Part shown: positions 42,767 through 58,513 of the stretch, piece by piece
Position numbering within the stretch: the first letter of the stretch is position 1
Layout: each line of letters opens with the position of its first letter
NCBI GenBank assembly: GCA_964276515.1
Contig: OZ193910.1
Span: forward strand, 5,394,001-5,458,000
Direction of reading: 5' to 3'
Length of the DNA: 64,000 nt
DNA from: Gordius albopunctatus
Taxonomy: Eukaryota
Made by a program: the position numbers and the translations under genes
Notes under the pieces: generated by a model
The model's database searches: none
Seen by the model: the letters and a program-made list of their open reading frames with translations, nothing else
What the model was told of the DNA's origin: nothing

Positions 42767-44328
42767 AATGAAATGATAATCTAAAAGTATTTTGTATTTA
42801 ACATACTATAATTTAACAAAAAATACAAGTATCATTTATATTTGAAAAAGGTATTAAAATTTGTATCTAAGATATATACTTATATATATAATATTATTAT
42901 CATAAGGTGTCTTTTTAGATTTGAGCTTGAGTTCCTTTATACAGAGATAATACTTTTTTGACACATTTTACATTTGGTAATTATTGAATTCGATCCTTTA
43001 TATGAAACGAGTGAAAAATATTTTTCATATTTTGGCCATGGCAATTTCAATTCATCTGCTGATTTTGAAGATTCAGAATCTGAAGATGACGACGATATAA
43101 TAGTATGATTGTCCATATTAACCTATAAATTAAACTATAATTAAGAATATCAAATTAATTAGCTTTAATCTTATCTTCTTTTGCACGTTATAGTATGTTG
43201 AAAGTATTTCGGAATTGGTAATAGGAAAAACAGCTGTTTTAAAAATATAAGACTTTTTTGTTAAAAATTCAGATTAACATTAATTTTTAAATAAATAAAA
43301 ATAAAAAAGGGTTTTTAAAATTGAACGAACGTTAAATTCGAACGCTTCCATCAAAAAAAGGAATGCGTTCACGTTCAAAGTTCACCAAAAGATCGCCGTT
43401 CATGAACGCGTTCATTTACAGCACTATTTTTTTGGCAAGTGGATAAGTGAATTCGAAAAAAAGAAATAAAAAATTTAAAAGGTAGATATTAATTTTAAAG
43501 TATTTTAAAGTTTCTTAGTCTTTTATGCAACTATAAATACTCTGAATTCACTATAATTTATTATTCAAAAGAATTTTTTATAAGAAAAGCTCCCCCCCAC
43601 CATTGTCTACGCCACTGGTTTTATTATTTACAAGTATAACTTTAAACAATCTTTCAAAGTTAAAAATTATTTTAAACATTTTTGTTGTGAAACCTTCAAT
43701 ATAACTGAATTTAAAGTCTAAGTTACTTTGAGGTTCCAAAATTACAATATTGAAACTGTTACAATTATAAACTTTAAAATTTTTGGCCTATAAGATTTTA
43801 TTATCCCTCAAATACTTTATTTATAAATATTGTATATATCTTAACTTAACCTATATAGAATTACATATTTTGTGAAGGTGAGATAAAAAAAAATCGTAAA
43901 TGATGGGAGAACATTCCGCTATGGCTAATGAATTATATTTAAAGATAGTTATGCCGATTTTCTGCCGTATAAAAACGATTCGCGATTATCATGGGATAGT
44001 AATGAGATCTGTTTGCCTATTTTTTTTTAAAGTTGTATGGCTTGGGGGCCAAAAGTTGTTAGGGTGGTTGTCGCAATGGGAAAAATTATAGTAGTATTGT
44101 TAATTTCTGAGTATTTTGAAATTTTCAGAGCCTCGGCTGAAGACAAGTGATCTTTGTTGTGATTAGATGGGGCAAATACGTAAGTACATGTATAGTCCCA
44201 TGCTAAACTTAGTCCCTCTTCCCAAGCGCCTAAAGTTTGGCCATCGGGTCGTTTTTTGTCTTCACAGAGGCCTGTGGATTCGAGATTAGAGGGGAAACCA
44301 GCTTTGGATTTTTTAATTTATTTAGATA

Positions 44329-44472
44329 ACCCCGTGTCACGTGGAAAGGGAAAGTCGATAAAGTTATGAAAACTAGAGAGATTAGTCAAGACATGGCACT
44401 CACCCGGTCAAGATGGAAGAAACTTATCAAAACAAACCCCACCAATGTGGGACCAAATAACTGATAAAGAAA
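44329..44472 (+). mobile_element. Short 5'-truncated RTE 3' end (family of the 8333 copy)
   Basis: Near-identical to 11615-11760. Confidence 0.85.
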
Positions 44473-44749
44473 ATATACAATTTTTTTTTAAAAACAAGTT
44501 GAAAATTATAAAAAAAACCTATATAGTCTTAAAAATTTTGATTTGTTTAAAAATTATTTGTAATATAAATTTTTTAAGCTAATATTTAATAATAATAAAT
44601 AATATTAAATATCATGGGCCTAGCCAGGGGGAGACAGGGGAGGTAGGACGGCTGCCCCCTCTTAAATCAAAAATTCTTTAAAATTATGGCTAAAATGTCA
44701 AAAAATTATTATTTTGCCCCTCCCTAAATCATTATTGCCTGCTTCTAAT

Positions 44750-46170
44750 TCCTATGGTCATTTTTTCCAAGTCAGCAGACGGCCAAATAGCCTATAATTA
44801 TAATAAAAAAATTAGATTTACACTTTGGCCAGTGGTAGCGATGTGTTAACGCGCGTAATTTTAGACCAGCGCTTTAAACGAAGTAAACAGACTGAAGTAC
44901 CCACACCATTATAAAGGTCCTTCGTAAAACGCGCTTCCCTAGAGGTCCCTTTTTTTACTATTTCTCTCCCTCATGGTCCTAAATTTTAGATAAAATTTCT
45001 GTGGGGCGAGGGCTCTTGTTTTTTATAGAACCGTCACATGTGCCATATTTTCTTACATTAACCATCACATTGATAAAACAAATACGTCATGAGGGGGAGG
45101 GGCTACTTTGTACTATTTACTTGATGACAATAACAACTAGCTAACACCTGTAAGTCTTTATCTAATGATCTATCAGGGTCTCTATGAACAAACAATACAC
45201 TAGTGGTCGGTTTGTAACACACCCACACTGAATGTATTCCCAAGAAAAGGAGACAACAGTGAAGGTGTGGCTCTTTTTATTAAGACTTAGAGACCACCTA
45301 AACAGATCCTAGGGTGCGCCTTCTAGCACGCCCTTCACAACACTAGCCAGTGGTTATTTTTTTAATGGTAAGCAGTCAGCAGACGGTCAAAAAGCGCATA
45401 AATACATAAGGGCCAAATATTATAAAAACTAAAAAATTTCCAATCACACTTTGGCCAGTGGTCATTTTTTCCATTGATCCGTAGCCGGCAGAAGGTGAAA
45501 AAGCCTATATTTTAAATCTTATTAACAAGAATAACATGCAAAATTTAGGTTAATAACAAAAATAAAAAAAATTTACAAAGCAGCAAATATAAAATTAAAG
45601 TGGCAATTAACCAATGTAATAATTCTGGCCTTTGGCTGGGGTCACATCAAGTAGAAGTAAGCAACGGTCATCAATAAATTGCAGAGAATTATAAAGCCAG
45701 CTTAGCAATAATCCGTTATTAAGCACCGACCTAGACAAATTGTCAAAAAAATTTCACAAAACAACAAATATAAATAGCTATTAACCAGAATTTTGGCTTT
45801 TGACCGGGGTCAGATAAAGTCGAAGTAAGTATCGGTCATCATTAATTTTCCGGGAATTATTTAGCCAGTTTAGCAAGTATCCGATATATAGCAAGAACCT
45901 AGATAAGCTCCAAAAATAAATTAATATATAAAGCTTATCAATCGGGCCCATAATGGAATTTGGGTGCGGACGAGATCAAAAAATTAAAGCCAACCAGCGG
46001 TCATAAGTTAGTGTATTTGCGAAAACCAAATAAAAGTCTTTTGCAGAAGCATAAGTCCACAGCCATTAAAAACCCATCTAAGCTTCCACGGCAATTATTT
46101 AAAAATTACAAGTTGGACGGATGGACAACGGACGAAAGGACAACCAAAAGTGAGCCTATAAATTGCCTAG
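44750..46170 (-). mobile_element. Second HINE-like element
   Basis: TTGGCCAGTGGTCATTTTT units and a GGACGGATGGACAACGGACG...GTGAGCCTATA end, similar to 38139-38710. Confidence 0.5.
44836..45345. mobile_element. hAT MITE
   Basis: Ends TAGCGATGTG / CACAACACTA and 8-bp TSD GCCAGTGG. Confidence 0.7.
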
Positions 46171-46952
46171 CATTAATATAATTGACATACCTTTAGTAGC
46201 AAGCTATGTATGTTGGTCCTTTAGTTACTGGCGATGGTTGGAAATAATTGAGAGACAAGGAGGAATAATGAGAGAATGCCGAATAATTAATTATATTCAA
46301 GCACCAAACTTTGTAGTTCTTTAAGTTGTTTAACTTCCGTGGTTCGCATTTGGTTACTCAATGTTAATGAAGGGGGGGGGTGGCAGTATGCTTTGCTCTT
46401 TAAGTAAGTTCATCTAATTAGGCTGCACTTTGCTTATTAGACTTTTTAAGGGGGGGGGGGGTGGGGGGGGGGGATAATCAGAATTCTTCGTTTGGATGCC
46501 GACGTTGGGGGTTCTTAGTGAATGTTGCTCCGGTATTGCTGCGTTTGAAGTCAAAATTAAACTGAGGGCATAGCGGTTTATGAATATTAATTAATTACCT
46601 TGACTTGGGTTCAGAATTATAGGTAAGATGATCACTGACGAACGTTTTCCAGGTGTTCCAGTAGAAAAAAAGACCGTTTTGACTTATTTGGGTTAAGAGT
46701 TCTTTACTATTTAGTTCTTTGGACGTGTTGTATGTCTATGATCCATGGCATTTTTAATTTTTATGTTTGAGTTGTCGTGGTATCCCCAATATAATGAACA
46801 TGCAGAGATTGGGAAGCCTCTAAGGAATTGTTGTGCTAAGATGTTTAATAATTTATTTATATTTGTTTGTATATTGTATATTCTAAGTAAAAGTTAGTTA
46901 GGCGAATTTTTTTCGCTATGTCTCATTACCATACTATGTATGAATGTATGTG

Positions 46953-50879
<3,927 letters not shown>

Positions 50880-51646
50880 TATAGAGCTCCAGCCTTTTGC
50901 CGCAAGCACATGTGGTTAATTTTATCCTCCTATCCTCACACCAGCCTACACCATATTTATGATCATCCTATATTATATATCTTATAACATATGCTACTCA
51001 TATACCACACCCTTACTGACTCAATTTATCATGCATTATACGTTTTTTCCCTTTGAGTCGGACATCTATCATCCCAATTTATATAAACGTGACACTAAAG
51101 AGTTATTAGTACACGCGGAAATATAATAAGTTCTTTGCAGAATACGAATTTGTAATGTCTATCCCGAAAATTTTAATTTGTTTATACACATTGTAGCACT
51201 ATGAATGTAGTTGCCCTGTGAATGTTTACTAATACAACTATTTGAACGTGACCTATATGTGCTTAGTTTTAAGGATCATAGCGGATAACGTGTGTGGACC
51301 CAGCCTTTTTTAATAAATGATTATGTCACTATTATGTCTAGGCTTTTTTAACTTATGCTTAAGGCTTTTGTTTCACTCTTTCTCACCTAATTTTATGTTG
51401 TACACATTCCTTTACAATATTATATGAGTTTGGTACTTATAAACTGTGTATGTATGAGCTTTACTTTTTGTTCTTGGGTTTCTCCATTATTTATACTTCT
51501 TATATAATAAAATAGTTGATTTTAACTTATTTGACCGGTTTATCTATTTATTATTTAAACCTTAAAGTAATAAGATTGTGTAGCGGCTTTTATAAGTAAT
51601 AAATTTATATGATTATAAATTATCATTTTTGCATAACGACAATTGT

Positions 51647-51701
51647 AAACACTACCAACGACGGTCCCAAGTCCGTGTGAAAAAAGTGGAGGGTTGGCGT
51701 C
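51647..51701 (+). ncRNA. Twister ribozyme at the 5' end of the intact RTE
   Basis: A^AA-CACT-AC-CAAC-G-ACGG-TCCCAA-GT-CCGT-GTGAAAAA-AGTG-GAGGG-TTGGCGTC: P2 CACT/AGTG, P4 ACGG/CCGT, pseudoknots AC/GT and CC/GG. Confidence 0.88.
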
Positions 51702-54700
51702 AGGTCGGAAGCCGGCTGTAAAAAGCAACTCCAAACACCATGGCAGCTTCAAATACGAACTTATACCAGAATGCTAGGGCGTCCTCCCCAAACGACGCGC
51801 ATTGCATCATCCACCCGTGCAATGTGAAAAGTATACAAGGGTCACCGCCTCACTCACAACGAAGGCGGTTAAGGAACCTAGTTGTCGAACGGACAAGAGT
51901 GGCTAGCTGGAATGTTGGCACGCTGACGGGGAAGAGCATCGAGGTTGCGCAGATGCTAAAAAGACGAAGGATACACATAGCGTGTCTACAAGAAACACGG
52001 TGGCATGGAACAAAAGCCAGGGAGCTAGGAGATGGTTACAAGCTATACTACTCGGGTTCCCCATCACGGAAGAACGGGGTCGGTATAGTGCTTAGCGATT
52101 CCTTTAAGGACAAGGTAGTCGAAGTCAAACGATGCTCGGATAGATTGATGTGCATAAAGCTGGCGGATCAAGGCGGCCTTGTCAATGTTATTTGTGCGTA
52201 TTCGCCCCAGGTTGGATGTTCCGAAAACGAGAAGTACGAATTCTATGAGAAGCTCGAAGAAGAAATACGCTACGTGAAGCCTGACGAGAATCTCATCATC
52301 GGAGCAGACTTTAATGGGCACGTTGGGAAAGAAAGGGGCGTGTACGAACGAAATCACGGCGGGCATGGCTATGGAGTGAAAAATAAAGAGGGAGAGAAGT
52401 TACTACAGATGGCGCAAGCTTACGATATGGCCATTGTGAATACCTTCTTTCAGAAGCGTACCGAACATTTAGCGACGTACAGTAGTGGAAATCACCTTAC
52501 ACAGGTCGACTACATATTAGTGAAGCGCATAAATTTGTGGCAAGTTAAAGATTGCAAGGTTATACCGGGGGAAGAAATCGCCAAACAACATCGGCCAGTT
52601 GTCCTCGATATAGCAAGAAAGATTTTTCCCGTAAGGAGAAAAGTCTACACACCAAGGACAAAGTACGAAAAGCTTAAGGATGATCATGCAAATGAAATGT
52701 TTCACACTCGAGCAACTCCGCTCTTGAAGGTTGCAGGCTTGGAGGGCGACATTAACAAAAGGTGGGGCACCGTTGCAAATGTTCTAAAGGAAACGGCCTT
52801 ACAAATATTGGGACGAACTAAGGGCGGCAGAGCTCACAAGCGTGAACTATGGTGGTGGAATGACTCGGTCAAAGAGGTTATAGAAGAAAAGAAGGCGTTG
52901 TACCTACGATGGTACAAAACGAAGAAAGGAGAAGACTACGAGGCATATCGTGTAGCGAAACGCAAAGCTAAGATAGCGGTCGCGATAGCGAAGAACAACG
53001 CTTACACCGAGATGGCAAACAAGCTCGATACCAAGGGCGGCGACATAGTCATGTATAAACTCGCAAAGATCAGGGAGAAAAAAAGTCAAGATGTCGGGAC
53101 ACTTAAAGTCATTAAAAGCGAAGAGGGACGAACGTTGTGCAAACCGAAGGAAGTCATCAAAAGATGGAAAGATTATTTCCAAAATATGATGAACAAAACA
53201 AATGATAGAAGACCGCTAGAGAGGGTGGAACCGAACTCGAACTTGGTTTTACCATTTCAGGCTTATGAAATAGGAGCACAACTAACGAAGATGCGGAAAG
53301 GGAAAGCGCTAGGTCCCGATGATCTACCGATCGAAGCTTGGCTTGGGTGCAAAGGAGAAGGAATCGACATAATGACAGGCCTATTTAACGCTATGCTGTA
53401 TGAGAGTCGTATCCCTGACCAATGGAGGGAAAGTACGATCATACCCATATACAAAGGTAAAGGAGACGCGCAGGAATGTGGCAACTTTAGAGGTATCAAG
53501 TTGACCTGCCACTCACTAAAACTACTAGAAAGGGTGCTAGTGAAAAGGCTCAATGACGAAGTTTGTCTCTCGCCCAATCAGTTTGGATTTGTGGCCGGTA
53601 AATCAACGATGGACCCAATCTTTGCGTTGAAGCAGACGATGGAAAAATATGGCGACATAAGAAAGAAATTACACATGGTCTTCATCGATTTAGAAAAGGC
53701 CTACGATACGGTTCCGAGAGACTTAATATGGTGGTCCCTTAGAGCCAGAAATATACCCGAAGGATATGTTCGACTTATCAAGGAAATGTATAATGGCGCG
53801 GTTGCATCTGTTAGGACTACCGTAGGAGTAACGAAACCCTTCCGAATAATGATCGGACTACATCAAGGATCAGCGTTAAGCCCATTCTTGTTTAATCTAA
53901 TTATGGATACAATAACAAAGGACTTGCACAAGCCAGCCCCTTGGACTATGCTATATGCCGACGATATTGTCCTATGCGATGAAACAAGAGAAGGGGTTTT
54001 TCATCAGGCGAAAAAATGGTCAGAACGTTTCTCGGAATTCGGGTTAAAGGTCAGCGAGAAGAAAACGGTTTACATGCAAACGATGGGCGGTACTCCGCAA
54101 ATGCACAAAATTGAAGGTCCAAGGTACACGGAGGTTGATAAGTTCACATATCTTGGCTCGCTATTACATCAAGAGGGAGGATGTACCGCCGAAGTCCATT
54201 CTCGGATCAAGAAAGCATGGCTCAAGTGGCGCAGCATCTCCGGTGTCATGTGTGACAAAAAGATACCAATTTGGTTGAAAAGCAAGGCGTACAAAACCAT
54301 CGTGCGTCCGGTCTTGCTTTACGGGAGCGAAACATGGGCTGTAACCAGCGCGGAGGAGAAACTCTTGCAAGTCACGGAAATGAGAATGGTGCGATGGAGC
54401 TTAGGCTACACCAAGCTGGATCGCATGACGAACGAATCCTTGATGACAAAGATGGGTATACAAGCGACGAAGGACATCTTAAGAGAAAATCGACTGCGGT
54501 GGTACGGCCATGTATTACGAAGAGACGAAGACGATGTCACACGCCGAACGCTGGAGATGGACGTGCCTGGAAGAAGAGGAAGGGGCAGACCACGTGCCAC
54601 CTGGAAACGACTGGTCGAAAAGGATATGGACGCCAAACAGATGGAAATTGGGATGGCATTCACACGACTCAGATGGAAGAGGCTGCTGAAAACGTACCCC

Positions 54701-54740
54701 ACGTCTGTGGGATTTTCAACACGATAAAGAAGAAGAAGAA
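51648..54740 (+). mobile_element. Intact full-length RTE LINE
   Basis: Perfect 17-bp TSD GCATAACGACAATTGTA (51631-51647 and 54741-54757), (GAA)n tail, single open ORF. Confidence 0.97.
51740..54727 (+). CDS. RTE ORF: AP-like endonuclease + reverse transcriptase, 995 aa
   Basis: WNVGTL, CLQETRW, GADFNGHVG, QVDYIL, FIDLEKAYD, GLHQGSALSP, YADD, LRWYGHVLRR, RGRGRPR. Confidence 0.97.
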   Translation: MAASNTNLYQNARASSPNDAHCIIHPCNVKSIQGSPPHSQRRRLRNLVVERTRVASWNVGTLTGKSIEVAQMLKRRRIHIACLQETRWHGTKARELGDGYKLYYSGSPSRKNGVGIVLSDSFKDKVVEVKRCSDRLMCIKLADQGGLVNVICAYSPQVGCSENEKYEFYEKLEEEIRYVKPDENLIIGADFNGHVGKERGVYERNHGGHGYGVKNKEGEKLLQMAQAYDMAIVNTFFQKRTEHLATYSSGNHLTQVDYILVKRINLWQVKDCKVIPGEEIAKQHRPVVLDIARKIFPVRRKVYTPRTKYEKLKDDHANEMFHTRATPLLKVAGLEGDINKRWGTVANVLKETALQILGRTKGGRAHKRELWWWNDSVKEVIEEKKALYLRWYKTKKGEDYEAYRVAKRKAKIAVAIAKNNAYTEMANKLDTKGGDIVMYKLAKIREKKSQDVGTLKVIKSEEGRTLCKPKEVIKRWKDYFQNMMNKTNDRRPLERVEPNSNLVLPFQAYEIGAQLTKMRKGKALGPDDLPIEAWLGCKGEGIDIMTGLFNAMLYESRIPDQWRESTIIPIYKGKGDAQECGNFRGIKLTCHSLKLLERVLVKRLNDEVCLSPNQFGFVAGKSTMDPIFALKQTMEKYGDIRKKLHMVFIDLEKAYDTVPRDLIWWSLRARNIPEGYVRLIKEMYNGAVASVRTTVGVTKPFRIMIGLHQGSALSPFLFNLIMDTITKDLHKPAPWTMLYADDIVLCDETREGVFHQAKKWSERFSEFGLKVSEKKTVYMQTMGGTPQMHKIEGPRYTEVDKFTYLGSLLHQEGGCTAEVHSRIKKAWLKWRSISGVMCDKKIPIWLKSKAYKTIVRPVLLYGSETWAVTSAEEKLLQVTEMRMVRWSLGYTKLDRMTNESLMTKMGIQATKDILRENRLRWYGHVLRRDEDDVTRRTLEMDVPGRRGRGRPRATWKRLVEKDMDAKQMEIGMAFTRLRWKRLLKTYPTSVGFSTR

Positions 54741-56334
54741 GCATAACGACAATTGTAGTATGATGACGTAAATGGTTGTATTTAATAAGTCCTTACAGAA
54801 AGTGGGAAAAATAGACTATATATAAAGTCTTTCGCTAAATATTCTTATGATATACTTTTTATTTCATTTTTATAATTCAAACCGGATCCCAATTTAGGAA
54901 AAAAATTAGGAGTCTGGCCCGGGTTCGAATTTTTATAAGATAAAATATAGGGCCTGGCTCGGATTTTCGATGATTATAGAAATCTAGAAATAATCGAAAC
55001 AAAACTTATTTTTCTTGAAGTTTGAAAGTATACTAAATAAATTATTTATATTAAAATATTACATATCTTTCAACTGAACAAGCTTTGGCAATATCACCAA
55101 TTTGTGATATTTAAGAAACTAAAATTTAACTTTCAATTTTTCTTTTCAATCGCGGTTAACATTTCAATGCTTTTAAATCGGAGGCAAAGGAAATGATATT
55201 TTAAGTTAAATATTTAAAATAAGCTTAAAGGGTAAAAATTTTATTCACCTAGAAAGAAGGTTTCTTATTTTTAGTGATAAATTTTATTATATGTTTTTCG
55301 AATTCATAATATAAAACCACCGAATGAAAAACTAGCAATCCTAGAAACCTTTGAAAAGGTGATTAAAACTGAAAATTTTGATCTTATTGTCTTTCAAAAT
55401 AAGTGTCGAGCTTCAAGAATACTTTATATTTCACTAATAAAATGCATGAATGTTTCAAGCATAAGACGGCCACTCCATCTTGGTTAAAAAGAGTAATGAA
55501 TAGACTGGCCTAGTTTTATCAACCTAATCCATATATCCTTTTAGCTATAAGAAATAGGTTTCTTTTTTGATCTATTTAACACCAAATTGGTGGTAGATAA
55601 AAAATTGCCCGAAAAGAATAACACAATTTTTCATTTTTATTTAAAATCATTTCAATAGGGTATATTGTTTTCAAAAGAATTAAAGACTACTCGCTGCTCA
55701 ATTTTGCAGGGACGCGCCTATTTTATAAATAAAGATCCGATCCGGCCTGAATTTTAAGGCCTAGCCTCAAACCACTCATGCACATCTCTATTTGAAGCCA
55801 GAGGATTAATTGAAAACAAAAAAATATTTTTATAAGCACATAGCCAATTTTTCTTACATAACTTTTATTATATGTAGTAACTAGTATTATAATTTGTGGA
55901 AAGAATTTCTATTGAGTTTAGAAAAAAGTGACGTAGTTCTTATTATCTATAAGAGAAAACGGGCTACATCTACTAATTCAAAACATTCTGTTATCAAGTT
56001 TTTTTACAAATAAGGAAATTAGAAAAATGGTCATAGAATACCGAATCTAAAGGCAGTTTTTTAAAATAGGTTTATGTGAAGGGTTTTTGTTGTATGTCCA
56101 AAATCATCTTTCTTATATTTTTATATTATTGCACTAATACAAAATCACCTTATCAAAAATTTGTATATATTTGACAAAAGTTCAAAATAATTTAATCAAA
56201 AAGAACATATTTTTTTTAAAATAAATTATCTTTAGGAACTTCTTATATAAGAAATTTTTTTTATAAATATGCAACTTCTTATTGTTCTAATAAATATAAA
56301 TACGTTTTAAGAGACAAAAGTAGGTATAAAATTT

Positions 56335-58231
56335 TCAACCCAATCGTTCTTTAGCACTTTTTTGTCCCAATCTACTAAATACTGAAGATTGATTCTTTGT
56401 GATAATGTTGGATCTCAAGGCACCTGCCCGTGTAACTTCCAACCCACTTTTCTGCATCATCCCCCTTCTAATTATCACTGGTTCCCGAACTTTAGGCAAT
56501 CTTCGGTCAATGTTGGGTACACGAATTTCGCGTCGGAAATTTGCTCGTTTATTCACACCTAGCCCCCAAAAATACACATTTAAACTATAGTCTAAAATTA
56601 TGGGTGCAGCCAAGAGGGGGGGGGCAGGAAGGGGCAGGTGCCCCCTCAATATCCAAAAATTTGTTGAAATTTCAAAAAAAGATCATTTTGCCCCTCCCTA
56701 AATCATTGTTGCCCCCTTCTAATTCCAATGCTGGCTATGCCCATGTATAAACTAAAATAAATTGCGCAATAATTAAATTTTAGTACCAACTACTTATATA
56801 GAATGGCAACTTACAAGAATAAGTTTTGTCAGAACGAAAATTGCCAACGGTTACAACAAAAGGCGTACTGCTGGAATTTTGTGCTGATGTAGGATTACCA
56901 ATTCGCTCTTTGATCGAGTTACTTAAGAAAGTTTTTCCCAAAATATCTCTATAGGGCCGATCTTCATTGGCAAATATGCCCTGACTTAAGCTTTTTAAAC
57001 CAGGTCTCAAATTTGAATTGTTTCGAAGAGACTTTACCTTAAAGTTATGATTAGAACTTGAAGTCGTTGTGCGGGCAAGAAATGCATTCTGGTTATTTCT
57101 TTGTTTAGGTGCTGGCAAGAAATCTTCTTTTGCAGAGGCTTTAATTATAGGAGAATATTTTGAAGCATCAACTTGCAACTGTTTATCCTAAAACAAAAAT
57201 AAAACAGTTATGGCCATCAACAATATAACAATTATAACACTCAATAAGATGAAAAAACATATATGATAGATAGATTATTCCACTTCTGTTTATTTAGATG
57301 CTTGATTAAATTATGTCTAATTAGGCATATTTTAAAACAACTCATTAATGAAAAACCATTTAACATATTTTTCACACTAACTTTAAAAAATTATAGTTTT
57401 GGTTGTAAATTGTTCTTAAATATATCATAAAATAAATATCCACTATATAACCTTAAGCTTTATCAAACTCTTACCTTTTTAAGAATTGATTCATTCTTAA
57501 CTGCATTATAAGCTTTTGTTGTTGGAGTTGGGATCATGGTATGCATATTTTTTGAATCTTTTATATCAATGTCCATTGGTTCACAACGTGTAACTGCAAT
57601 GTTTTTATTTTCATCTTTAATATTTAACTATAATAAAAGAAAACTTTAAATTAATAATTTATTAGATAAAAAAATTAACAAAGTTGATGATTCTTTAAAA
57701 AATTATGGTGAAATAAAAAACATAGTTAAATATATGTTTAACTTTTTCATGCAAAAATTTGATTTTAATTACAAATAAAGGCAAAAACATATATTTAAAT
57801 AGGCAGCAATGTAGTAATTACTAATGTTGTTGAAGAAGCATTGCTATTTGAAGAAGTGTATTTACCTAGACAATATTAATATTAAAAATTTGTAACAAAT
57901 ACTTGTGTGCAATTGGTTAATTCCCTAAAAAATATTTTATAAATAAATATAAATTGTTTATACTTTATTATGGACAAATTTGGCATGCTTTTGAATCAAT
58001 ATAATGTCTCCAATTATATTAATTCCCATATCAATTAAATGTTCTTTAGTTATGTCTAAAAGCATATCTTTGCTTAGGTGATGATTATTGAATAAAACGG
58101 CAAAATCCATAGCCGCTTCAGGCTGGATTCCAGCATCTAGAAAAAACTGTTCCCAAAATTTTGCATCTATAAATAAAGTTTAATAATTAATAAGCTTAAG
58201 CGTGATTACTTGAGTTTAGTGTCGAAGACAT
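56335..58231 (-). CDS. C19orf47: C19orf47-like protein (N-terminal SAM-like domain). Exons 58231-58210, 58166-57964, 57924-57903, 57865-57822, 57627-57475, 57187-56815, ~56591 (or ~56558)-56335
   Basis: FWEQFFLDAGIQPEAAMDFAVLFNNHHLSKDMLLDITKEHLIDMGINIIGDIILIQKHAK resembles the C19orf47 N-terminus as recalled; C-terminal SVFSRLG. GT-AG introns keep the frame. The last acceptor is ambiguous. Confidence 0.8.
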
Positions 58232-58513
58232 TATATCTGAATTGGTGCCATTTTGGTGTTAAATCTATTTCTCAAAACCAAAAATCACATAAAATACTCA
58301 TAATAATAACCCTCATTTTTTATAGAGTAAATGAAAATATTATAAGAATATAGTCATTATTAGAATTTAAACCTCCTTAAATATTCGAGTGTATATGAAT
58401 TTTAATTGAAGGGAATTAATTTTGACATAATTATATAAGGAATAATATCACAGATTTATAAAAAGTGATAAAATCCCGTGATCTGACAAATATTCTAACC
58501 GATAATTTTACTC

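Larger units (their letters stand above)
30422..43426 (-). mobile_element. Second copy of the 932-1978 hAT element, expanded to 13 kb by nested insertions
   Basis: Same TIRs, perfect 8-bp TSD TTTTTTTG. Homologous segments 30422-30476, ~38712-39190 (hATC ORF 38862-39068) and ~42985-43426. Confidence 0.9.

Noticed and set aside
52064..54771. Several alternative-frame and antisense ORFs overlapping the intact RTE
   Set aside because: Expected shadow ORFs in GC-richer coding DNA; no recognisable motifs.
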